Positions 16,003 to 24,634 of a stretch of DNA of 32,000 bases are shown here, one piece after another (positions within the stretch are counted from its first letter, which is position 1; every line of letters starts with the position of its first letter). The notes under the pieces are model-generated. The model did no database searches and had not been told where the DNA came from. It saw only the letters and a list, made by a program, of their open reading frames with translations. The stretch comes from an uncultured bacterium (GTDB lineage: Bacteria; Margulisbacteria; WOR-1; CAVSGV01): the NCBI GenBank assembly GCA_963699255.1, contig OY969425.1, positions 930,001 to 962,000 of the forward strand, in the 5' to 3' direction. A program made the translations under genes and the position numbers.

Positions 16003-16569
16003 ATGCATTTATTTGATACAAAAAGGCTGGAGCATCTGGACGATCCGCAAAGAACAGCGCAGATCCCCGTGAAAAAGATCGCCCTGGAACTGGGACTGAA
16101 AGACGGAATGTCGGTGGCAGATATTGGGTGCGGCTCCGGTCTTTTCAGCTATGCTTTTGCTGAATATGTTAATCCTCACGGCAAACTGGTCGGTTTTGAT
16201 ATTCAGCAGGCGTGCATCGACCATTGTGAGAAGAAAAAAACCCCAGCGCATAAGCATGTTTCATTTGTTTTGAATGGATCGGACAGGATAGGAGCAAAGG
16301 ATGGCAGTTTTGACGCGGCTGTAATGATAGTGGTGGCGCATGAACTGCCCGAGCCTCAAAAATTCTTTCATGAAGTAGCGAGGATATTAAAGCCGGGAGG
16401 CAGGCTGGCGCTTATAGAATGGCAGATGGCGCAGACAAAGAACGGCCCCGACCTGAGCGAGCGGATAGCTCCTGATACACTTGAGAAGCTTCTCAATGAA
16501 GCCGAGTTCAGTATTGTTAAAAATGAAGTTCCCAGTGAAAACCATTATATGATCATTGCTCAAAAATAG
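16003..16569 (+). CDS. Class I SAM-dependent methyltransferase (188 aa)
   Basis: VADIGCGSGLFS (motif I), LVGFDIQ (motif II) and LKPGGRLALIEW. Confidence 0.8.
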   Translation: MHLFDTKRLEHLDDPQRTAQIPVKKIALELGLKDGMSVADIGCGSGLFSYAFAEYVNPHGKLVGFDIQQACIDHCEKKKTPAHKHVSFVLNGSDRIGAKDGSFDAAVMIVVAHELPEPQKFFHEVARILKPGGRLALIEWQMAQTKNGPDLSERIAPDTLEKLLNEAEFSIVKNEVPSENHYMIIAQK

Positions 16570-16590
16570 AATATTCAAGGGAGGTGACAT

Positions 16591-16791
16591 ATGGTAAATA
16601 ATATGGGTTTAATGGACAGGGTAATCAGGGTCATACTGGCTTTAGTCGTTATAGCACTATATTGTCTGAAGATGATATCCGGACTAGCTGCCATTATACT
16701 TGGGGTGATTGCCGCAATTTTTATTGTCACAGGTTGTATAGGTTATTGTCCGCTATATCAGTTAATCGGGATCTCCTCAAAGGGAAAGTAA
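16591..16791 (+). CDS. DUF2892 (YgaP-type) small membrane protein
   Basis: MDRVIRVILALVVIAL...TGCIGYCPLYQLIGIS matches the DUF2892 pattern. A GGGAGGTG Shine-Dalgarno precedes it. Confidence 0.8.
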   Translation: MVNNMGLMDRVIRVILALVVIALYCLKMISGLAAIILGVIAAIFIVTGCIGYCPLYQLIGISSKGK

Positions 16792-16795
16792 TAAT

Positions 16796-16847
16796 AAGGG
16801 CTATGTTTTGGAAATGATCTCATCACATAGCCCTTTCGTTTGTTTTT
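16796..16847 (+). terminator. Putative intrinsic terminator of the ArsR-Trx operon
   Basis: AAGGGCTATG (16796-16805) pairs with CATAGCCCTT (16826-16835) as a perfect 10-bp stem, followed by TCGTTTGTTTTT. Confidence 0.5.
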
Positions 16848-16981
16848 CCCAATCTAACATTCACCTGCTGTATCTGACGTTTCTGAGGTTATAATCGCCC
16901 GTCTTGTAGCTGGTTTATAAGGAATTTGGCTTATTTTCAGGGAAATAGTGATAGTAGGGCGGGTAAGTTCCAACCAAGACA

Positions 16982-17071
16982 AAATCCCTCCCCCGCTACC
17001 TCTTTTATGCTTCAGTTACGTAGTAGCCAAGGTTCTCCCGCCAAAGGCGGGAAAATCCTACCCCCGCTATT
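16982..17071 (+). repeat. Right copy of the composite direct repeat containing tRNA 3'-end fragments
   Basis: See the left copy at 12222-12350. This copy sits where composition shifts from AT-rich to GC-richer. Confidence 0.9.
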
Positions 17072-17136
17072 TAACATGATATCATCGAGGGGCGGATCTT
17101 AAGATCGTTCCGCTAAAGTCAAAGACCGCTTGTTTG

Positions 17137-17775
17137 TTACTTATAAAGTATTGATATTCTTGGATAATATTGAGCATTACTATAATCCCAAAGATTGGTC
17201 CTGTTGATCGTTGATGGACCAGATGTACCATATGGGAATACTTTGACCCCATTGTTCGCGGCCGCACCATCGAACCAATCCCGGACAAGCGATGTTACAT
17301 CGAAATAATTCCATCCCACAGCAGTGCTGTTTATATAAGAAGCGTTAACCGAACTGATGGAGGGCTCATTGGTCGCGGATATGGCGGCCTTTTGCCAAGC
17401 GCCGGTCACCTGAGTGATAGTTGTTGTACAGCTGGCATCAAAGGTGGTTATATATATGTTCAGGGAAGCGCTTTCTATCGAAACACCCGAGGGGATCTGC
17501 GGCATATAGAATTGAATATAAACCTCTTCTTTTAATGAAGTGCCACCACCAGCATAGGAATACCATAGATATTCTAAAGTTCCCGTCCCATATGTTGTAC
17601 CATAATCAACAATTCCGCTACTATTGCTAAAACTAGTGAATGCGCTTTGCTCTACGGTAGCAGTTGCAGTGTGCGTCGGCGGGACCGTTGTATTATTGGA
17701 GCCTGTCGGGTTCCCGCAACCGGATACAACAAGTAATAATGCGAACAGTAAAGAAACAAAGAAAGCCTTTTTCAT
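17137..17775 (-). CDS. Lipoprotein with a DNRLRE/CBM96-like domain
   Basis: Lipobox MKKAFFVSLLFALLLVVSGC (the start at 17775 is preferred over 17811). IPSGVSIESASLNIYI...ITQVTGAW...WNYFDVTSLVRDWFDGAAANNGVKV fits the DNRLRE-domain pattern. Confidence 0.55.
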   Translation of the reverse strand: MKKAFFVSLLFALLLVVSGCGNPTGSNNTTVPPTHTATATVEQSAFTSFSNSSGIVDYGTTYGTGTLEYLWYSYAGGGTSLKEEVYIQFYMPQIPSGVSIESASLNIYITTFDASCTTTITQVTGAWQKAAISATNEPSISSVNASYINSTAVGWNYFDVTSLVRDWFDGAAANNGVKVFPYGTSGPSTINRTNLWDYSNAQYYPRISILYK

Positions 17776-18022
17776 TTTTAACGCCTTTATATTAGGCTGA
17801 TTTGTTTGCAATGATGCCGCAAGCTGATTTATATTTTATCATTTTTATCTTATATTGATATAAAATTGATTCCGTCATATCCCCGACACCTGTCCGACCG
17901 TTGCGCCGCCGAATATTAGGACCGGCTTCCCCTAATTTTATTCTAATAATATATTAATGTATTTTTAACCGTTACAATGTAATATGTTTATGGCTTGAAA
18001 GATCCCCGATAAGGAGGAAATC

Positions 18023-18958
18023 ATGGAAAAGAAAATGGTCTTTTTGGTCCTTCTCCTGGCTATGGTCGCATTGGCAGGGTGCGGTTCACAATCCACTTCA
18101 ACTTCTTCAAGTTCCGGAACTTCATTAAATGACGCGATAAACTCTGACCCTGGCCTTTTTGAAGCAGGCAGTTCAGACCCGAGTACCGGTGACAACACTT
18201 CAAGCGTTGGTTCCCCGTTCAGCATCATGATGCCCCCTTATCATAGATGTAATTCCTGGTACAGGGCATTTACTGATATAAGCCCGATAACGATCACTAT
18301 CATAACGCAAGAAGCTTCATCATCCGCGGTGATCGAAGTGACCAGAGAGGCTGACGGGATATTATATGGCAGGATGGCTTCATCAACTGAAGCTGCCACC
18401 TCAGAAGCCTTCACTCAGGACTTCACGCGGTATATCACTCTTGTTGCATCTAACGATGCCTGGCGGATAAAGAAGGTGACTCAGGGTATCGCTCGATCAA
18501 CGGCAAATACTTCCAGCACATCCATGACATCGGACGTCACCATCGATTCCGTATCCATATATGACGTAACCTCCGGCATAACCTTTGAAATTACTTCAGC
18601 TCCATCAGCCGAAGGGCCATGGATCGATTATGAAACCATCGCGACGACAGAACCTGGCCACAATTTAGTTGTAACGGCTGTTGTTGAACCTAATGCTCAC
18701 GGGCAACCTTTGGTGTTCATTTGGCCGAGAATGGATGAAGCCCTAGCCCTATCGCCCTTATTTCACAGGCGTCAATTCCCCTCTCCCACCGGCTCTACTT
18801 ACACAACATCAATTACGGTACCAAGTGCAAGTGTTGTTCACAAAGAAAAAAAGCGGATGATCATAGGCGCTTTTGACACGGGGACTCTGGCTTCGGGCGA
18901 GGCGCTGGGAGCCTACGATTTTACGAGCTGGCATATTCCAGTTAAAGTAGTTAAATAA
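18023..18958 (+). CDS. Lipoprotein, function unknown (311 aa)
   Basis: Lipobox LLLAMVALAGC followed by a Ser/Thr-rich linker. An AGGAGG Shine-Dalgarno precedes it. Confidence 0.6.
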   Translation: MEKKMVFLVLLLAMVALAGCGSQSTSTSSSSGTSLNDAINSDPGLFEAGSSDPSTGDNTSSVGSPFSIMMPPYHRCNSWYRAFTDISPITITIITQEASSSAVIEVTREADGILYGRMASSTEAATSEAFTQDFTRYITLVASNDAWRIKKVTQGIARSTANTSSTSMTSDVTIDSVSIYDVTSGITFEITSAPSAEGPWIDYETIATTEPGHNLVVTAVVEPNAHGQPLVFIWPRMDEALALSPLFHRRQFPSPTGSTYTTSITVPSASVVHKEKKRMIIGAFDTGTLASGEALGAYDFTSWHIPVKVVK

Positions 18959-19020
18959 AAACTCACAGGAACAGGCCTGGATATGATACAATCCTCCCCG
19001 GGTAAAAAGGAGCGTGCGAC

Positions 19021-20070
19021 ATGAAAAACAGGCGGTATGTTCCGGTCATAGCAGCTCTCCTGGTCCTCTGTTCAATGGCTTTCCTTTACGGCTGCGGATC
19101 GGCTTCTACAAGCGGCGGAGGAGGCTCAAGCACCAGTCCCTGGATATATGTCGGCGCATCGATCGACAACGCCGTATCGATAATTGACGGCTCGAACAAT
19201 ACTCTAGCTGGAACGATAGAACTCGCGCCAAGGAAGCCGTATCATATCGCGGCATCCGGGGACGGGAAGCATCTCTATGTTTCCACGGACAGCCTTGAAG
19301 TCGTCGTGATAGACACTGCCACCAATACGATATCCGGCCTTATCACTTCAGACGCCGTTACGCAGTCTTACGGCATGACGGTTTCCGCGAACGGCAAGTT
19401 CCTTTATTTCACCAGATTCAATGACAGCAAGCTCGTGAGAGCCTACCTGAAAAGCTCTCCTGTAACTTGCGAGGTATCGAGCACCACCGCCACCGGGACG
19501 CCTCTGGGGATCGTTCTGGCCGATGATGATGAAAAATGCATCGTTGGCGAATATCAAAACCTTGAATTTTTCAAAAATACCACATTCACTATTGACGGCA
19601 CGCTGAATTATCCGGGCTGCGACCTGTATTCCGTGGCCGTTAAGAACGGATCGGTCTATGTTCCGCGAACAAGCGGAGCTTATGACGTCGTGATCGCTGA
19701 TCCGACCAACGAAGTTCAGCTCGGCCTGATAACGCCCGAAGGCTCGACCTTTTTATTGGGGATAGTTTCCATTCCCGGGAAGAACAAGCTCTATGTAAGC
19801 CAGGATACGACCCCCGGCAAGATAAATATCATTGACACGTCCCCCGTACCGACGTTTGAAGCTACCATGATAACCGGGGAGGCGGTTAGCAGCATGCCGG
19901 TCCCCACATACATGGCGGCTACGGCTGACGGAAGATACGTATATGTTTATGATACGTCAACTCACGATCGGGTCTGTGTCGTTGACACCAGCACGGATAA
20001 GGTCATAAAAACTATACCCGTCAATAAAGGCGCGGGTATTTATAATAATCCAGTAATTATCTATAAATAA
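19021..20070 (+). CDS. Lipoprotein with YVTN-type beta-propeller repeats
   Basis: Lipobox MAFLYGC. Repeats include LYVSTDSLEVVVIDTATNTISG, LYVSQDTTPGKINIIDTS and YVYVYDTSTHDRVCVVDTSTDKVIKTIPV. Confidence 0.75.
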   Translation: MKNRRYVPVIAALLVLCSMAFLYGCGSASTSGGGGSSTSPWIYVGASIDNAVSIIDGSNNTLAGTIELAPRKPYHIAASGDGKHLYVSTDSLEVVVIDTATNTISGLITSDAVTQSYGMTVSANGKFLYFTRFNDSKLVRAYLKSSPVTCEVSSTTATGTPLGIVLADDDEKCIVGEYQNLEFFKNTTFTIDGTLNYPGCDLYSVAVKNGSVYVPRTSGAYDVVIADPTNEVQLGLITPEGSTFLLGIVSIPGKNKLYVSQDTTPGKINIIDTSPVPTFEATMITGEAVSSMPVPTYMAATADGRYVYVYDTSTHDRVCVVDTSTDKVIKTIPVNKGAGIYNNPVIIYK

Positions 20071-20184
20071 CTTACTCCAATGCCGATCGTTGCCGCGGGA
20101 AGATAATTGCTGATGGGCTCCGCGATCGAATATTGCTTTACGGGACGGAATAATATAATATTACGGCGAAAGGGTGATCATCAC

Positions 20185-21063
20185 ATGAAACGCTTTATAT
20201 TAAAATATATTTCCTGCATCGTTCTTGTCGCCTTTGTTTCCGTCTGCCTTATAAATCCCTCTCCCGTACGCGCGGCGGCCAACACCGGGACGCTGAAGAT
20301 ATTCTCCGAGGTAAAGGGCATTGACCTGTTTATTGACGAGCAGCCGCAGGGCAAGGACAAGGCCGAAATAAACGACGTCCAGGTCGGCAGCCATTACGTA
20401 AAAGCGGTAAAAGACGGCGCGACCATATACAGCGAGCTTATAACCGTTGCCGCCGGAGCGACCACCACGATACTTATCAAGGACACGGGCCAGGTGAAAG
20501 AGAAGGTCCTGGAGAGCAAATACAAGGAGCAGCAGGAATACAAGAGCAAGAAGATCGACATACTCCTGAGCAAAGGCATGCAGACCGTGGGGACGGCCTA
20601 CACAAGCAGCAATTATTTCCCGGGATACTACTCGATATTCGGCTCCGGCTGGACCACTTCTTCTTCGTCGACGGCGTATGAGACCACCGACTGGAAGATA
20701 ATACAGGGAGGCGTGCAGGAGATATCCGATGTCCAGTTCGCGTCGCTGGTGAACGACAGTGACGCGTTGAAAGTGAACAAGGATGCCTGGGATACTTACA
20801 ATAATAATGTCGTCATATTCGGGGTCATAGGTTTGGTCGGAATAGTTGCCACTGTTGCAGGATTGGGCACCGCCGGAGATTCCGGCGCCGCAGTGGCTGC
20901 CGTCGGTATCGCTGCCGCAGTAATAGGCTGCGGCGTATGTTTGGGTGCTAAGGAACCGAGCGGGCATCTGACAAGCCCGGGCGATGCCGCGAAAAAAGCA
21001 TATGAGTACAACCAGGGCCTGAAAAAGCAGCTTGGACTGCCCGAGGATTACGAGCCGCAGTAA
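20185..21063 (+). CDS. Exported PEGA-like domain protein with a Gly/Ala-rich C-terminal membrane segment
   Basis: Signal peptide MKRFILKYISCIVLVAFVSVCLINPSPVRAAA. GTLKIFSEVKGIDLFIDEQPQGKD..INDVQVGSHYVKAVKDG is PEGA-like. The TM-like segment is VVIFGVIGLVGIVATVAGLG. Confidence 0.55.
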   Translation: MKRFILKYISCIVLVAFVSVCLINPSPVRAAANTGTLKIFSEVKGIDLFIDEQPQGKDKAEINDVQVGSHYVKAVKDGATIYSELITVAAGATTTILIKDTGQVKEKVLESKYKEQQEYKSKKIDILLSKGMQTVGTAYTSSNYFPGYYSIFGSGWTTSSSSTAYETTDWKIIQGGVQEISDVQFASLVNDSDALKVNKDAWDTYNNNVVIFGVIGLVGIVATVAGLGTAGDSGAAVAAVGIAAAVIGCGVCLGAKEPSGHLTSPGDAAKKAYEYNQGLKKQLGLPEDYEPQ

Positions 21064-21065
21064 AG

Positions 21066-21137
21066 TAGAGATCAGAGACTGGAGACCAGAGATCGGAATA
21101 AGATCCAGGATTTCTGATTTCTAATCTCTGATCTCTA
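21066..21137. repeat. Long strand-asymmetric inverted repeat (purine-rich arm and pyrimidine-rich arm)
   Basis: TAGAGATCAGAGA (21066-21078) is the perfect complement of TCTCTGATCTCTA (21125-21137). The interior has further partial pairing and short AGAGATC/GATTTCT repeats. Confidence 0.6.
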
Positions 21138-21154
21138 ATCTCTAAGGATTTCTC

Positions 21155-21967
21155 ATGAACAAAAGCCCTGAACATAAATGGAACGCCGCCGACTACGCCG
21201 GTAATTCTTCGGCGCAGGCCAGGTGGGGGCGCGATCTTATCGCCAAACTCGAACTGCGGGGGGGCGAATCCGTCCTGGACATCGGCTGCGGCGACGGAAA
21301 GCTTACCGCCGCGCTTGCAAAGCAGCTTCCCAAAGGTTTCGTTCTGGGTGTGGATAATTCTATAGAGATGATCCGGTTTGCCAGGAAAAATTTCCCCTCT
21401 GATGGATTCCCCAACCTTTCTTTCAAGGTATGCGACGCGCGCAAGTTGAACTTTTCAAAAAAGTTCGACCTTGTGGTTTCTTTTTCCACTCTTCATTGGG
21501 TGAAAGACCACATGCCGGTACTCAAGAGAATTCTGCTCAGCCTTAAACCGGGAGGCAAGGCGCTCCTGCAGTTCGGAGGAAAAGGCAATGCCGCAGATAT
21601 TTTAGCCGTTACCGATGATGTCATTGCTGGCGGCAAATGGAAAAAACATTTCCGCCGTTTTATCTTTCCCTGGCATTTTTATGAGCCGAAAGAATACGGC
21701 GTTTGGGTAAAGGAGGCCGGTTTAAAGCCGAAGCGGATCGAGCTTGTTGAAAAAGACATGGTCCAGGAGGGCAAGGAAGGCCTTATCGGCTGGTGCAGGA
21801 CGACGTGGCTGCCTTATGTCAGCCGCGTTCCGGCAGGTTTGCAGGATGAATTCCTGGCCGAGGTCGTTGATCGATATCTGGAGCGTTATCCGCTGGATGA
21901 AAACGGCCGCGCCCATGTTAAAATGCAGAGGCTGGAAGTGGAAGCATATAAAAAAAGTAAGAAGTGA
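21155..21967 (+). CDS. Class I SAM-dependent methyltransferase, Tam (trans-aconitate methyltransferase)-like
   Basis: WNAADYAGNSSAQARWGRDLIAKLELRGGESVLDIGCGDGKLT, GVDNS and LKPGGKALLQF. Confidence 0.8.
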   Translation: MNKSPEHKWNAADYAGNSSAQARWGRDLIAKLELRGGESVLDIGCGDGKLTAALAKQLPKGFVLGVDNSIEMIRFARKNFPSDGFPNLSFKVCDARKLNFSKKFDLVVSFSTLHWVKDHMPVLKRILLSLKPGGKALLQFGGKGNAADILAVTDDVIAGGKWKKHFRRFIFPWHFYEPKEYGVWVKEAGLKPKRIELVEKDMVQEGKEGLIGWCRTTWLPYVSRVPAGLQDEFLAEVVDRYLERYPLDENGRAHVKMQRLEVEAYKKSKK

Positions 21968-21994
21968 GAAGTTGAAAGGAAGAAGGAAATCGGT

Positions 21995-22113
21995 ACTTCT
22001 AACTTCTTCCTTCTCCCTTACCCCCTGTTCGCATCTCCCATCTCTCATCTCTTCTGTTGTCCCGATGTCCCGATCCGAAAGGCACCGTCTGGGAAATGAG
22101 AAAGATAGACTGA
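21995..22113 (+). repeat. Copy 1 of a ~115-nt pyrimidine-rich direct repeat
   Basis: Aligns with 22760-22870 at roughly 80% identity with indels. The near-identical core is CCCGATCCGAAAGGCACCGT(C/A)TGGGAAATGAGAAAGAT. Confidence 0.8.
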
Positions 22114-22116
22114 GCT

Positions 22117-22641
22117 CTACTCTCTCCCTTTTAGAAACCCGATATTCTTGGCCGTACGGTCCGGCATCTCAATAAGCTCATTTATAGCATCAAACACAGC
22201 CTTGAACTGGCCGTCATATTTTCTCTCAAGCTCTTCGATCTTCCTCCTCAAACCCTCATGACTTGAAAGTAATACTCTCAATTTAGTGAATGTCCGCATG
22301 ATCTGGATGTTCACCTGGATAGCTCTTTTGCTTCTCAGGACAGAGGAAAGCATTGCTATCCCCTGTTCGGTAAATGCGAAAGGTTCGGAACCTCCGAAAT
22401 AAGACTTTGATGGTATGCCAAAATGGCAGACCATCTGATCGATCTCTTTTTGGGTCAGAACAAACATGAAATCGTCGGGAAATCTGTCAATATTCCTTTT
22501 CACCTGTCTCTTAAGTTGAAAATTTTCAACCCCATAAAGCGCTGCCAGGTCCTTATCAAGCATTACTTTTTTGCCTCTGAACAGATAAATATTTTTCTCG
22601 ATAACCTCATGCGGAACCAGCTCACTTGCCACATTGATCAC
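22117..22641 (-). CDS. ORF6N/KilA-N-like DNA-binding protein (antirepressor-type) with a coiled-coil C-terminus
   Basis: IYLFRGKKVMLDKDLAALYGVENFQLKRQVKRNIDRFPDDFMFVLT...FAFTEQGIAMLSSVLRSKRAIQVNIQIMRTF is the ORF6N pattern. Confidence 0.8.
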   Translation of the reverse strand: MINVASELVPHEVIEKNIYLFRGKKVMLDKDLAALYGVENFQLKRQVKRNIDRFPDDFMFVLTQKEIDQMVCHFGIPSKSYFGGSEPFAFTEQGIAMLSSVLRSKRAIQVNIQIMRTFTKLRVLLSSHEGLRRKIEELERKYDGQFKAVFDAINELIEMPDRTAKNIGFLKGRE

Positions 22642-22759
22642 CCCGTGGATAGTAGCAGCAATTTTAATTCCGCATATTTTATTCGTATGTAGAGCAAAAT
22701 CGTGTAGTTATTTTTGACAAGAGTAGTAATTCCCGACAGCAGTTCAAATTATACTTATA

Positions 22760-22870
22760 ACTTCTAACTTCTTCCTTTTTCCTTGTCCCTTGCTCCCATC
22801 TCACATCTCTCACCTCTTCTCCTATCCCGATCCGAAAGGCACCGTATGGGAAATGAGAAAGATCGATTGA
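22760..22870 (+). repeat. Copy 2 of the ~115-nt pyrimidine-rich direct repeat
   Basis: See copy 1. It is followed at 22905-22945 by a purine-rich stretch partly complementary to its 5' half. Confidence 0.8.
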
Positions 22871-22977
22871 TTTTCTTACAGGCAGATATCGTTGCCGGGG
22901 AATGTGGATGAGAAGAAAGTGAAGATTGAGAGGAAAGGAAGTAAAATTATCATCAGATACAATAAAGCTGATTTGTT

Positions 22978-23523
22978 CTAAATATCCACCAAAATGATTT
23001 TAACTGGGACTGACGGGAAATGTCTTTCTAATCTTTCAATATCAAAAACCAGCTGTTCACCATATGACACGCCAGTCGACATATACTTTTGAAGGTTGTG
23101 ACACGGAACGATTTCCACTCCCACATTCGCTCTGTTTGCATTGAAAAAATATTGGAATTTTGCGAGGTCATAAAACATAAAGGGATATTTTCCAAACTGG
23201 ACTTCAATTAGAACTTTATCTTTAACAAAATCCACCTGCTTAAATGCTCCGGGGATCTTGATTTTTGAATTTGGAATCGTAAGAACATATTGATCCTTTA
23301 ATTCCCTAAAGCCTCTTTTATGGAATGCATCTTTAAACTTTTGATTTAGGTCTTTTGGGGAATAGAGTTTTACACCCATCATAGTTTTTTCTTTGCTTAC
23401 TTTCGTTTTTGTAACTTTTGTTATACTTTTAATAACATCATTGATTTCTTTGTTAATAGCAGGAAAAGTAACTTGGAGTATTTCGCTTCCGCCTAAATGA
23501 GAATATTCGTATACTTTTTTCAT
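22978..23523 (-). CDS. Type II restriction endonuclease, BglII-like
   Basis: VDFVKDKVLIEVQFGKYPFMFYD parallels, from memory, the BglII catalytic core DFGKRDTLVEVQFSNYPFLLNN (D-x8-E-x-Q). There is an ATGA start/stop overlap with the upstream methyltransferase. Confidence 0.7.
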   Translation of the reverse strand: MKKVYEYSHLGGSEILQVTFPAINKEINDVIKSITKVTKTKVSKEKTMMGVKLYSPKDLNQKFKDAFHKRGFRELKDQYVLTIPNSKIKIPGAFKQVDFVKDKVLIEVQFGKYPFMFYDLAKFQYFFNANRANVGVEIVPCHNLQKYMSTGVSYGEQLVFDIERLERHFPSVPVKIILVDI

Positions 23524-24455
23524 ACTGCCGCCAACTCTCTGTCTTTGTATCCTAACGGATATGCAAATTGAATGGTTTCAGCTGGAACTTTATATATCGG
23601 CTTATTCATCGGGCGTGTTTTGATCGTTCCCTCAAAAGTTTCTTTAATTCGCTTTTTTGATATCTGAATATACTCGGGCATTATTTCTGCACCTATCGCT
23701 CTTCGGTGATGCAGAAGCGCTGCCACGGCAGTCGTTCCGGTTCCGATGAAAGGATCAAGGACGAGATCATCTTTTCGTGTCATAGCCAGGATCAATCTTT
23801 CAATGAGTTCAACGGGAAACTGACATGGATGTTGCGTCTTCTCAACATGATTGTTCTTTACGTTTGGAATGTTCCACAGATCACCCGGATTTTTCCCAAG
23901 AGGATTACAAGAGAGCTGCCCCTTTTTGGGCCCTTTAAAATACTTCTTTTGAGGATATTTCTGAGGGATCCTTATTGGATCAAGATTAAATACATAATCA
24001 TCGCTTTTCGTGAACCATAAGACCGATTCGTATCGGCCTGAAAGTCTTTTAGAGCAATGCAGGCCATGCTCAAAATGCCAGATTATTCTGTTGCGCAACT
24101 TTAACCCGAGTGATTTAAATATGGGGTATAAAACTGTATCAAGCGGGACTACTTCGCATCTATCAACATAATTTCCAACCTCCCAGCAAATACTCCCGTT
24201 TGGCAACAGTGTTCGCACACATTCCCTGATAACTGATTCCTGGAACGAGAGATATCGATCCAATGAGGTTTTCTTCTCATATTTCTTCCCTATATTATAG
24301 GGTGGGGAGGTAACGATAAGCTGAATTTTTTTGTCCGGTATTTGTTTAAGCAGATCAAGGCAGTCACCTGGGTAAAGGACGACCTTTGCATTTTCAGAGT
24401 AATTTTCGCATATTATTTTTGTCATATCTGAACCTAAATTGTCCATATTATACAC
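23520..24455 (-). CDS. Beta-class DNA amino-methyltransferase, probably N4-cytosine-specific
   Basis: TSPPYNIGKKY (motif IV) lies N-terminal to DPFIGTGTTAVAA (motif I). SPPY rather than DPPY favours m4C. The likely true start is ATG 24446, after a GGAGG. Confidence 0.9.
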   Translation of the reverse strand: MYNMDNLGSDMTKIICENYSENAKVVLYPGDCLDLLKQIPDKKIQLIVTSPPYNIGKKYEKKTSLDRYLSFQESVIRECVRTLLPNGSICWEVGNYVDRCEVVPLDTVLYPIFKSLGLKLRNRIIWHFEHGLHCSKRLSGRYESVLWFTKSDDYVFNLDPIRIPQKYPQKKYFKGPKKGQLSCNPLGKNPGDLWNIPNVKNNHVEKTQHPCQFPVELIERLILAMTRKDDLVLDPFIGTGTTAVAALLHHRRAIGAEIMPEYIQISKKRIKETFEGTIKTRPMNKPIYKVPAETIQFAYPLGYKDRELAAV

Positions 24456-24495
24456 CTCCAGAAACAGTATTCAATTTTAATGGTTGCTTTTAATG

Positions 24496-24511
24496 GTATA
24501 CAAGTGTATAC
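24496..24511. promoter_or_regulatory. Dyad GTATACA-AG-TGTATAC between the divergent methyltransferase and HTH genes
   Basis: Perfect 7-bp inverted repeat at 24496-24502 and 24505-24511. Confidence 0.35.
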
Positions 24512-24634
24512 TTAAAACAAAATTTGTCAAGCTGTTGTTTTTGCTAAGGAGACAATTATATTATTAATGGGACAGTAATAGATGTTTTTAAAGACTATAA
24601 GAATATTGTCCAAAAATAACAAGGGGGTGAGAAT

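Noticed and set aside
15809-16021. Minus-strand 70-aa ORF
   Set aside because: It is antisense to a plus-strand ferredoxin-like ORF that has a canonical Fe-S motif and fits the operon spacing.
20200-20967. 255-aa minus-strand ORF, plus other antisense ORFs in the PEGA gene
   Set aside because: This is a typical Arg/Gly/Ala-rich shadow ORF of GC-rich coding sequence. The plus-strand frame has a signal peptide and a PEGA-like domain.
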